Part shown: positions 9,201 to 17,210 of the stretch, one piece after another
Numbering within the stretch: position 1 is the first letter of the stretch
Layout of the letters: the number at the start of each line of letters is the position of its first letter
From: a virus
Lineage: Duplodnaviria > Caudoviricetes
Reading direction: 5' to 3' (one strand)
DNA length: 25,272 nucleotides
Virus record (IMG/VR): IMGVR_UViG_3300002307_000214
Span: 1-25,272 of that record
Notes under the pieces: model-generated
Databases searched by the model: none
The model's input: the letters and a program-made list of their open reading frames with translations, nothing else
Told to the model about the DNA's origin: nothing
Translations under genes and position numbers: made by a program

Positions 9201-12200
9201 TGAATTTAAAATGATAGTATTGGTATCAATTGAATAATTTCCGCCAATATTATTTTCAGTTGCTAATAGAACAACACCGTTTAACGTAACTTGGGTTGGT
9301 GCTACTAATGACTGTTCACATGTAAATTCAGTCTGTGTTGCATCAGTGATGAAGAAACTTTGATTTGACCGATTGAAAATATAAACTGATCCAGCTGAAT
9401 ATTTTACTTCTGACGTAACTGGATCGATGTAAGTTTCATTTGGGCAACCAATATAAATTTGTGAGCCATCAGTGGTCGATACTATGCTATGTCCAAATCT
9501 ATCTGTTCCAGTTAGGCCAGATGCAGTTAATGTGTCAACTAATGTATAATAAGTTTCCGCACGTACTTGTATTAAAGTTTGATCAGCAGGTGCAGAGTCA
9601 AAAATCAAATTTTGGTTCTCGGAGTCGATTATGTAATCAATACCAGGACGTTGTAACGAATCGTTTATATACACTGCGGTATTGTATTCACTAGTGGCTG
9701 TGTAGATGTTTGACACATCAAATGTATCAGTTGAGCCGTCACCTACAAATAAGTCACTAGTGCGGCGTGCCACTGTGATAACAGTATCATGCAATGGTGG
9801 CGTATTAAATGATATATAATCGCCACTTACTTCGTAATCGACTCCGAGAACCAAAATAGTTTCGTTAGCAGCAACAACTAATTGTGTTCCGTTTGCCACA
9901 ACAATTTGATCTGGATAGTAGCACAAGTTAGTTGTGCCATCATGCGGCCATACAAAATATTGAGCTTGGTAAGGAACTTTTCCGTAAACGTAAACAAGAT
10001 TTGCACCTGGGGCACCTACAAATATCCATTGCTCATCCAAGCTAATTGATACTGCATAACCAAATTCATCAGTTGCTGTAATTCTATCCACAGAAGGAAT
10101 GCATAATAATTGCCATTGCTGGAATGCATTACTTGCTTGATTACGATAAATTATTGACGCATATCCTGCATTGTTTTCGCTGGCACTAGCACCAGCCACT
10201 GCCCATTCGTATGATCCGATATGTATAGCATTACCGTAACCGGCTGCATCAGTTGTGCCCAGTTGTAATACAGAATTTTCTTTGTAAATGTCCTGCGATG
10301 TTTTAACATAAGTGAATACAGCACCAGGTGCTGTGCCTGCACTTTCGGAATTATAACCAGGTGCACCTATTAGGGCACTGAGATTATACAGACCTTGTCC
10401 TAATGCTGATCCAAATTTGGCATCAGGATACTGCTCCAGCGGGGCAAGGTCTTCAATTTCAGTAAATGGCTCTGTCTTTTCAATTACTTCCCAATTGCCG
10501 CTGCCATTATTATCAACCCAAACTTTTGCACCTGGAACCAATTGATTAGCAACCGGCAATAATGATACATTAGCAGCTTGTGATACACGAGTTGTTTTAA
10601 GTGTAAGTCCAAGTCCATTACCTGTCACAGTGGTTTGTAGTCCACTAAATGTGTACTTGATTAACAGGCTGGTAATACCTATTATTGTTTGCACAGTATA
10701 GATGCCATCAATGGTAGGGTCTAAGAATTTAATTACCAAGATGTCACCAACTGATAATCCATGCGGTTGACTAAACTGTACTAGACTCAATCCGTTGAGA
10801 TTGTAAGTAACCTGTGTAATTTTGCCAGGTACTTGTTGGGCACGGTAAACACCCCAGTTGTAGTTGTTTACTTTCGCAACCCAAATAGTAGTACCAATTC
10901 CGATATCTTTAACCAGTGTAGCCGACGACTCGACGTCAGAAATAGTAAAGGCAGTCAGATCTACATCGTTAACGTTGACATAACCAGCAGACGGCAATCC
11001 TACACTGGCAGGAGGATTGTCAATGGTTGGCATGAAATCAGTGGTTACGTTGGGATCACTTACTCTCCAAAGATTTTCTAATAGAACAGGTTGATCTGCT
11101 GGACTACGCTCGCCGGGAGTAATAACCTGTACTGTACTAGGATTATTAGTTAATTGAGCTTGATTCAGTAGTACCTCAACGAAGCTTTGATTTGCAGTTG
11201 CACCGTATGTTCCGCGTAAGATTGCCCAGAATTCATAAATTTTATATTCAGCAACTTCTTTGTTGCTGATATTGGCCAAGCTGAATAACTGAGCAGCCTG
11301 ACGTGTACCTATGTTCTTAAGGAACTGTTGGTATAAGTTAACTTGTGTTACGCTGTCCAGGTTTAACGAGCTCATGTAATCTCGTGGACGGAATCCAATC
11401 AGACCGTAACTAAACAAGTCCATTTGACTGTCTAAGTTAGCGTCATATACACTATATGATTGTGCTAGTTGTACGCTTTGATTTGATGCATTAGGACGTA
11501 GGCCAGTTTGTATTGCTCGATAATTGCTCTTGATCCATTGTGCAAAGTTAAAGGTTGCCGACGGCTGTATAATGTCATCTGCACTCCAGTATTCATTCTT
11601 GTACAGAACAATTTCGCCTTTGGTATATTGATAATTAGGAATCCATTCAGCAACGTTGTTTGAATTAATTACAAATCCAGGTGCATTAACTAATCCTGTC
11701 CAGTCTCCTGTGATATATCCGTTAACTAACAAACGACTTTGACGAGCACCGGTAGTGGGATCATAAATTAAATCGCTGAACACGCTTACATTATCAAATA
11801 CAACAATATGTTCATATGCTGTATATTGCAAGTTTAGATAGTTAATGGTATTAGAAGTCAAACTCATTACTTCAAACGAATTACCTATACGATTAATTAC
11901 CAAATCTGATTTGGGGAAAGGCTGACGATTCTGATTTAATATAATATTTTCAGGACCGTAGTCGTTTATGTTATCTACAATAGCCGTAGGGTTTGTTACA
12001 GAAATCTTAGTAGCACCAGGATTTAAATTGATAATTGATCCAACTTGCCAGCCTTGGTTATTCCAGTATAAGAATTCCTGAGCCATTTGCAGCCATGTTA
12101 GAACGTAACCATTTTCCATGGTATCAAATATTAGACCATTTTGCTCTAACAATACTCCATAACTGTATAAGAAATCACACACAGCAGATGCATTAGAAAA

Positions 12201-15200
12201 TACATATCCGTAAGGAATACGTACAACAGTATCAGTATGATCTAAGCTTATCTGTACTTGTGTATTGCCAGCAGATATTGTAGTGTAGTTGCCGGTATTA
12301 CGACTTGCTAAAATTTCAAAATAAGGGTGCTGTGTATTGTAACCAAATACAGACCATCCAGCTTCGGTATTTTGTACCACAACAGAACTAAATGTAATTT
12401 TCTTAAACGGCTGATTTTTGTACAGAACAATCTGATAGCTTTCATCTGGGATTGTCAATGTAGTATTCAAGCTGTCCGGAGTGCTGCGTTCTGACTGTAT
12501 GGTCAAATAGCTTTGATCTGTGTAGCCACCAACACGCCAGCATAGACGGACGTCAACATTGTTCAATGTTACAGTTAAGTTGTCAGTTGAATTAATACCC
12601 AACTGGCGATTGTAATCAATAATCCAATTTAAGTAACTGGCTTTGCTTGTATCATTTCCGTATAAAGGAGTTAACTTATTAGCATCCAGACGATATCTTT
12701 CGTCCCATAGATACTGATCAAGCATGCTGTCGTATACATATCTATCGCGATCGGCAAACAGGCTAAAGAACTTGCCTGGTTTAGTCAGTGCTAATAGACG
12801 CATAATAGCAAACGGATACGAGCTGCTGGTCTTCCAAGTATTTTCTACTGGTGCACCGTCGCCAAATACCCAACTACGTTTGAAACTAGTGTAGATGTAA
12901 TTGCCTACTGTTGCCAACAATGGATCTAAAAGTTCGCCTTCTGTTCCCACTGGTAATACTTGCAACAGACCCGGTCTTGCATATTTTGCTTCAACATAAA
13001 TTCCATTGGGGTCGCGTACTAAGCCATTGGCTAAATCGTCCCATAGAACTGTGTTACCACTGGTATATGGTGCCGGTCCGTATTCAGCTGCCCACCATGT
13101 TGGCTGTTGACTGAATCCTAACATTTCCCACGGGCGTGTGTCAGGGTAGTAAGTATCGTAGAAGTAATTGTAAATTCCACGCCAGAAACCCTGTGAAATA
13201 GGTTGTCCTGTCAGGCGATCGCTACTTTGATTATAGTTGTAGGTAAATGGCTCGCTGTTAATGTAAGTCTGAGTAATATAATCCAGCTTGTTCCAGCCAA
13301 CCCAGGTTAAGAAATCCTGACCTAAAATTTGATTGATGTCAGCAAGACTGTAATCTGTAGTTCTGAATTGTCCAGGAATTACATCTGCTGCAACCAATGG
13401 AATTGCTGATTGTATTTTAAGGTTGTTGAAAATACGTGTTTCAAATTCCAATAACACCTGGTCACGGTAGTCGCCAAATGCCAGTGTAATTGAACCGTCG
13501 TGTCCTCTTATTACTAACTTAGGCTCTAAATAAGTTGTGTCAAGATATATCTCAGGCTTAAAGGCCGGGTATAGGCCCATTTTTGTAGGAGTATTTGGAA
13601 CGTAGTTGCCAAATGTTTCGGGATATTCGTTTATAACAATTACATCGCCTACTACTAACGGTGTCAGTATAGTAACTGTGGCTGCATCTGTTGCAACAGT
13701 ATAATCATAATTGATAGTCAATAAACGATCATTCAGATATATCAGTAGGCCCTGATAGTTAGATTTAGTAAAATTATAAAACTGTACTGTGTTAAACGTA
13801 GGGGTGCTAATAGGTGTATAGGTGTAGCTATTGGAAATATATGTTGCGTTTGACGGCACCATATCGCTCCAATAGAATGGACTAATACTGCTATTACCTA
13901 AATTAATTTGTGCAATTACCGAATTCAATATTTCAGGAATAGTTGAATTTTGGTAATCACCTTCTGTTGCTAAGTTCATCATATAGGCTTTATAGTTGCT
14001 ATATGATCGGCTATTAAACTCTAGTGAGTTAAACAGTTCAAATTGTTTTTCTCTTAGGAATACACCCGTCAATGTAAGAGGTGCAGAATTTTGTACAATA
14101 GTCTGCCCGTAGATTAAGATGTCACCTAAGTCGCGTGTGTTGTTGGCACCGACGATTGGGCCTTCGATAGTGCGTAGATTTTCGCCAATGCTTTGGTAAT
14201 GTGTACGAATAGTACCCAGTGTAAATGTATCGCTGTTGTTGTTCAGCGGATTGTTCTCTAAATTCAACGGTACTTGATAAAATCCAACTGCACTGGTTTG
14301 TTCACTTAGTGCCAATACTTCAATTATAGTACCTGTTGTTACAGCTGGATCAATAATAGTAATAGTTGTTGAGTTAGTACCTACTTCGTAAACATACTTT
14401 GTCGGCTCAACAAAGATACCACCGATGAATATCTGCAACGGTGCAAGTACACTCAACGTGTTAATTGCAATGTCCAATATTAGCGGAGTGCCAACAACAT
14501 AATCAAATCTAAATACCTGACGACTGCGATTCTCTACTACAGCAGTTTGCCATCCAATTAAATCACTGAAGTCAATGCGAGTTGCGTACTCACGAGCAAA
14601 TCCTGTACTAATATTCAGTGTCTGACTTGTATTATTAACAACATAAATGAACGTGTCAGTGTACAGGTAATTTTGGAATACAATATCTCCAAGATTATCT
14701 ATGCTGCGATATTTTAACGGAAATCCTAGTACTGTATCATTTGACCCTTGTGCATTAAATGCGTAACCAAACAATCGGCTGCCGCGGAATGTGCTGCTTG
14801 GATATGCAATACGATCGCCAAAACCTATGCCTTTGCTATCGTAAACATCAAATAAAGGTGCTTGGTTAACATGTTCTTTTTGTTGTGCTTCTATCCAAAT
14901 AGATCCATCGTACCAGAAACTTATGCCTTGTAATGTGTTACCGTCGAGACATACAACAGTCTGGTCTGTCAGAACTGTTGAATCAATTGCCGGTATAAGA
15001 TCAATGATTAGCGTGCCAGAATTGTCTGGATCGATGAATTGTACCACGTAGATGTGATTACGCACAGCTGGATCTGTGTCCGCTGCAAATATAATTCGCG
15101 AGCCATTGATTAAATTATAGCCATCAAGGCTGTAACCTAACTGACCGTTAATTTGATTAAATGCATCTGTCACAGTAAAGTCAATTATGTTAACAGGGTT

Positions 15201-17210
15201 TTTACCTTGTGTACCAAAATCAAATAACTTTATATCAGCACGGAATTCAATAATAGGACGGTTAGCACGTAAATTATTATTTAAATTTAAGACCTGATTG
15301 TTATAGACAGCAGTGGCTTTTATAACGTCAGTATGGAACCAACGATTACTACGTGTCCAAGCATTACGGTCTTGGCTAGCACGATTAATTGTAATATAGT
15401 CAGGCACACGTGGTGCATTTAAACTGGCATCGTACGGTTGGCTATCATAGCTGGTACTGTCGTAGGGAATAGTACTGCTGACAGTATAAGTTTCTGGAGT
15501 GACAAAATCACTGACAGGTAACAATCTAATACCAGTGCCAAATGTTGCTCCAAAGAAACCTTGTTCTGGTAGTGGATAACCTTCTGGGGCACCGGCACCG
15601 GGATTGGCCAAGCTTTCTGCCACAGTGGCATATATGTACTGTTGGAAAGTAGTTGTTGAATGTACAGCACCGGTCAGCAAACGCCCTGCATACCAGTGAC
15701 TTGGTCCAAAGTATGCTACGCCATCAACAAATCCTACACGTAGATCAGTGCCTAACCCCGTGCCCACGCCTTCAACGTAGTATTCTAAATCTTGAAACTC
15801 TGGTGGATTTACCAGTCCACGGAATTGAACTTTAAGTCCATTGGTAAACACTACTCCATTTGGACTGATATAGTTTTTTGCACCAATGATATCATTGACG
15901 TTAATCGGAACAGACTGGCCGTCATCGACTAACTGTATCTGACCAAAAATTCCAGGGTTAACACTATCTTGATACCACAGATTATCCATAACAGCAGTCA
16001 GCAGTGGCACTTCTTCAAAATATCCAGAAGCATCTTTATACCATGTGGTGCTGGCCCATTGTGTACCAAAATTAATGTTAAATTTACTTAGATTGGCAAT
16101 CTGACGAATGCTGCTCAATCTCATGTAAGGATTGCCACTTTCATCATTGATATATTGAATTTGCCACACGCTGTAGCGTTGCTGCGGATCAGTTATATCT
16201 GTTGTTTGATCATACAGTAGTGTGTCGAAGCTGCCGTATAGTCCGTTATCTGCGTCAAGACGCGGCAGCGGATCAAACTGAGATGTAATCTGCCAACCAC
16301 CGTCTTGTGCATCAGCAATAGTATTGGTAAAAATTACTGTGCGATTATTAAGATTAGTAATACCGTCAATGCCAGTGGGGTTTGCCGCAAAGAATTGATC
16401 AACGTAAACATTGTTTAACTGTGTAAATTGCAAATCAGTTATTAAATCAACTGTGCCAGCATTGGCCAATTGATAGTAGAAATTCTGTGCACCTTTAAGT
16501 GGCACGTTAAAAGTTACTGTACCTTGATCTTCACCATTGTTATCAACACCTAATACAGTACGACTACTGATGTTAGGGGTATTAGGCATAGTACCGGATA
16601 TTCCCGGGCTAGCTTGAATCCAAAAATTATATCCAACTTGATTTACATTAAACTGGTAGCTACCACCACGTACCAAAGTAATAGTTGGATTGTTACCAGC
16701 TACATCACTGAATTGATACGCTATGTCAGTACGAGTTACGTCCCATGAGTCAGTCTCTGGCACAGGGCTTCCAAAAACATTAACTGGTGCAGGACCGTTT
16801 GCTAACCAGTAGTACTGGCTGTAGTTTGTAAACTTATCTAGATCACAAAATGGATCCCATGTGTAATATTGGCTTTCAAATAATACATCTTCTTTAGTGG
16901 TAACTGCACCTTTAAGATTCAATGCATCCAACATGCCTGGATATGTAATAGCGTCATTGACTCTATTTGTGTCAGGATTCTGAAAAGTAACACCAGGCTC
17001 AAGTTGATAATCGCTGCGTGTTGCAGTAGGTGCTGCCAAATAACCATCAGCAGGATTAACACCAGGGCCAGCACGACGGCCAATATAACCGTATGCACGA
17101 TTAAAAACGGGCTCTTGAGTTAACTGGTCTAATGTTGCACTAAGAAATTGCTTGTTAGTGTCTGTCTGAAATATTTCAGGTAGTAGATCAATCGAACGTG
17201 GTATTGCCAT
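3252..17210 (-). CDS. Giant multidomain virion structural protein (4652 aa); probable baseplate wedge subunit (gp7/P2 gpI-like scaffold) decorated with adhesin-like domains
   Basis: Uninterrupted 13,959-nt ORF coupled (TAATG) to the gp6-like gene, with SD AGGTGA 6 nt upstream. Wedge-scaffold-like motifs are LLPEIFQTD..KQFL at the N-terminus, LYQQFLKNIGT (KGT-like) and YINEVKPYH (KPAH-like). It also has seven FG...GAP-like repeats, two CBM5/12-like modules, repeated GDG..T.F / V.VNG / ITF..AP Ig-like units, and G.GY..AP repeats. Confidence 0.85.
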   Translation of the reverse strand: MAIPRSIDLLPEIFQTDTNKQFLSATLDQLTQEPVFNRAYGYIGRRAGPGVNPADGYLAAPTATRSDYQLEPGVTFQNPDTNRVNDAITYPGMLDALNLKGAVTTKEDVLFESQYYTWDPFCDLDKFTNYSQYYWLANGPAPVNVFGSPVPETDSWDVTRTDIAYQFSDVAGNNPTITLVRGGSYQFNVNQVGYNFWIQASPGISGTMPNTPNISSRTVLGVDNNGEDQGTVTFNVPLKGAQNFYYQLANAGTVDLITDLQFTQLNNVYVDQFFAANPTGIDGITNLNNRTVIFTNTIADAQDGGWQITSQFDPLPRLDADNGLYGSFDTLLYDQTTDITDPQQRYSVWQIQYINDESGNPYMRLSSIRQIANLSKFNINFGTQWASTTWYKDASGYFEEVPLLTAVMDNLWYQDSVNPGIFGQIQLVDDGQSVPINVNDIIGAKNYISPNGVVFTNGLKVQFRGLVNPPEFQDLEYYVEGVGTGLGTDLRVGFVDGVAYFGPSHWYAGRLLTGAVHSTTTFQQYIYATVAESLANPGAGAPEGYPLPEQGFFGATFGTGIRLLPVSDFVTPETYTVSSTIPYDSTSYDSQPYDASLNAPRVPDYITINRASQDRNAWTRSNRWFHTDVIKATAVYNNQVLNLNNNLRANRPIIEFRADIKLFDFGTQGKNPVNIIDFTVTDAFNQINGQLGYSLDGYNLINGSRIIFAADTDPAVRNHIYVVQFIDPDNSGTLIIDLIPAIDSTVLTDQTVVCLDGNTLQGISFWYDGSIWIEAQQKEHVNQAPLFDVYDSKGIGFGDRIAYPSSTFRGSRLFGYAFNAQGSNDTVLGFPLKYRSIDNLGDIVFQNYLYTDTFIYVVNNTSQTLNISTGFAREYATRIDFSDLIGWQTAVVENRSRQVFRFDYVVGTPLILDIAINTLSVLAPLQIFIGGIFVEPTKYVYEVGTNSTTITIIDPAVTTGTIIEVLALSEQTSAVGFYQVPLNLENNPLNNNSDTFTLGTIRTHYQSIGENLRTIEGPIVGANNTRDLGDILIYGQTIVQNSAPLTLTGVFLREKQFELFNSLEFNSRSYSNYKAYMMNLATEGDYQNSTIPEILNSVIAQINLGNSSISPFYWSDMVPSNATYISNSYTYTPISTPTFNTVQFYNFTKSNYQGLLIYLNDRLLTINYDYTVATDAATVTILTPLVVGDVIVINEYPETFGNYVPNTPTKMGLYPAFKPEIYLDTTYLEPKLVIRGHDGSITLAFGDYRDQVLLEFETRIFNNLKIQSAIPLVAADVIPGQFRTTDYSLADINQILGQDFLTWVGWNKLDYITQTYINSEPFTYNYNQSSDRLTGQPISQGFWRGIYNYFYDTYYPDTRPWEMLGFSQQPTWWAAEYGPAPYTSGNTVLWDDLANGLVRDPNGIYVEAKYARPGLLQVLPVGTEGELLDPLLATVGNYIYTSFKRSWVFGDGAPVENTWKTSSSYPFAIMRLLALTKPGKFFSLFADRDRYVYDSMLDQYLWDERYRLDANKLTPLYGNDTSKASYLNWIIDYNRQLGINSTDNLTVTLNNVDVRLCWRVGGYTDQSYLTIQSERSTPDSLNTTLTIPDESYQIVLYKNQPFKKITFSSVVVQNTEAGWSVFGYNTQHPYFEILASRNTGNYTTISAGNTQVQISLDHTDTVVRIPYGYVFSNASAVCDFLYSYGVLLEQNGLIFDTMENGYVLTWLQMAQEFLYWNNQGWQVGSIINLNPGATKISVTNPTAIVDNINDYGPENIILNQNRQPFPKSDLVINRIGNSFEVMSLTSNTINYLNLQYTAYEHIVVFDNVSVFSDLIYDPTTGARQSRLLVNGYITGDWTGLVNAPGFVINSNNVAEWIPNYQYTKGEIVLYKNEYWSADDIIQPSATFNFAQWIKSNYRAIQTGLRPNASNQSVQLAQSYSVYDANLDSQMDLFSYGLIGFRPRDYMSSLNLDSVTQVNLYQQFLKNIGTRQAAQLFSLANISNKEVAEYKIYEFWAILRGTYGATANQSFVEVLLNQAQLTNNPSTVQVITPGERSPADQPVLLENLWRVSDPNVTTDFMPTIDNPPASVGLPSAGYVNVNDVDLTAFTISDVESSATLVKDIGIGTTIWVAKVNNYNWGVYRAQQVPGKITQVTYNLNGLSLVQFSQPHGLSVGDILVIKFLDPTIDGIYTVQTIIGITSLLIKYTFSGLQTTVTGNGLGLTLKTTRVSQAANVSLLPVANQLVPGAKVWVDNNGSGNWEVIEKTEPFTEIEDLAPLEQYPDAKFGSALGQGLYNLSALIGAPGYNSESAGTAPGAVFTYVKTSQDIYKENSVLQLGTTDAAGYGNAIHIGSYEWAVAGASASENNAGYASIIYRNQASNAFQQWQLLCIPSVDRITATDEFGYAVSISLDEQWIFVGAPGANLVYVYGKVPYQAQYFVWPHDGTTNLCYYPDQIVVANGTQLVVAANETILVLGVDYEVSGDYISFNTPPLHDTVITVARRTSDLFVGDGSTDTFDVSNIYTATSEYNTAVYINDSLQRPGIDYIIDSENQNLIFDSAPADQTLIQVRAETYYTLVDTLTASGLTGTDRFGHSIVSTTDGSQIYIGCPNETYIDPVTSEVKYSAGSVYIFNRSNQSFFITDATQTEFTCEQSLVAPTQVTLNGVVLLATENNIGGNYSIDTNTIILNSTVTLTVGDTLTVETNTFSQVQKLRAQTPAANAKFGWNVDECPQNCSLYIGAPYANSPTNPSIIQSGQVEFCMNQGRGFGLLTTTVANPTLTSTDYLSISGYFVQVGGTTVNDLAASINAAGLPNIQAAVTADLELYADGSTRIFDIGSIYSAASAYTPVVLVDSITQTLSVDYTYNNSTEQITFTVAPLINSIITVVSGQLTISVINQSAALRNNKIQVLPAVGTVFDDIGITVYLSMQVVVSPVEQSFANFGKEVYISTNATTLSVGAPNGTAIEFMTFDHNTTTFDANSIKFYDTVPQSGVVYTYDQLPSVNSSIYNPPQFVFGQQLYDDQAETLAGWGTAIDFTTGTLLIGSPNKTVVADDRGIVDPTSIQNGWVTRYRNTQNLPAWATIREQTPVVDVSLLSTVYMYNRVTGGARDYFDYFDPLQGRLLGIVAQNIDYIGSVDPAAYNTGNRNNYGNAWRADHVGRIWWNTSNARFVDPNQNDVEYALRRWGQLFPGSTVDVYQWVSSSVPPAQYTGPGTPYDTTSYVVSSSLNLQGVIGLEYYFWVIGINTVSQNAQKTLSSTVIAQYIESPVSSGISYIAPINASTVAIYNGVNYVSAQDTILYVGYNQVANDGAVHVEYQLVPQGRPDGFLTDQLYLKLQDSFCGADPLGNSVPDPHLNIGEQFGVEFRPRQSMFVNRFAALQNYLVRANTVLAQFPISETRSFNLLNSREPVPSIGSGAWDKEVANIEELSYQNLASVPFGYTYLVLSDSNYNGIWTIYQVSPADLLGAKELVLMRVQSYDTHLYWNYINWYQPGYNRATPVAQTVADYSILATLSVANTTVVKVSANSKGFWELYQYNSTTTAWTRVALENGTIEFSKVLWDYAVGSFGFDSEVFDAQFYDQAPITETRKIIQAINEELFVGDLLIERNNNLILMFNYILSEQQAPTWLSKTSLIDVDHTIRQLLPYPIYRKDNQDFVLNYINEVKPYHVQFRQFNLIYNGIDSYLGTLTDFDLPAYYDSAESMYISPVLDDTGTLSTTSSVPSTSTVWQTVPWNQWYQNYLLSINSVSIVSGGEGYTVAPTITVVGTAIRPAVMTAIVNSAGNVIRITVDDPGEGYSTTAQIVFEGGNGTGAIAVAVMGNGLVREFKTTIKYDRYEYSSNIVEWQANVTYVTGTQVRYADTVWSAITDVNSTAFDTDQWTVVPASTLSGVNRTQGYYAPTPDQPGLDLAQLISGIDYPGVQVQAPSFNQNTGFDVGNYDINPFDNISYDADGSVTYDPAILDTIFESSFLDPYLGVGPTAINIDGGAFVDTYSSHAPEELVPGAIFDTLDMRVYTTPGADWQGLGHGFPLSSIKYAYNSGTTDYSFAGVIDHPFAVRVWNQTNRVQLDAIVHYSVDWVAQTITINSGATNSDVLVITAYGLGGGNQMYINSYNGADVGNSIIVPIAYSLISEMVVFVNGTQTTDFDLSAASVTTSEITFGDTYGINDYIAITALGYAATGTTYSWSLPLTQYIVYDGSDTYTLTNSLEGTNPANIIVEQNGVRARPSEGIEYIGDDVTTVYSLPANGGYSPALVSNNDVSVYIDNQALIYGVDFTLDAWDTVSAARTITFATAPALAARILISVRTAAQYYIEADTIVWNSGGSLHPGIGDIISVTTWNDTAEQRLITEVFVGPTTTGVEVTQGYDDTNFDEGNVTGELGSFSYGGGGVITSNNFDLGREIINPSSLSVTMDGLALFNDIGFTVSGSTLTILGPIIDAAVCIVVTVMTQSVVPEAMEFRIFQDMRGAQTTYRMTPATTTTLTQSLSPTDDVIYVADANALSEPDLVHGIFGLITINGERIAYRERNTVDNTVSGLRRGTAGTGAASHDTGSEIYDIGIGNVLPVEYQNYANFENFLANGTDVVFTTTNVTVPSGPDTAVLVYVGGTLQTSGYTVSATDPVVVTFDTAPTENYQVTILVEKGLSWYNPGSGTASDGVPLQEQTTLAARFIRGS
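8130..10420 (-). repeat. Seven FG-GAP-like peptide repeats (beta-propeller blades) within the 4652-aa protein
   Basis: KFGSAL..LIGAPG, GYGNAI..VAGASA, EFGYAV..FVGAPG, RFGHSI..YIGCPN, KFGWNV..YIGAPY, NFGKEV..SVGAPN and GWGTAI..LIGSPN. Confidence 0.75.

Noticed and set aside
3252-17210. Intein, intron or homing endonuclease explaining the size of the giant ORF
   Set aside because: I saw no intein splice motifs (N-terminal C/S block with C-terminal HN-C/S/T), no LAGLIDADG/HNH/GIY-YIG signature and no frame interruption.
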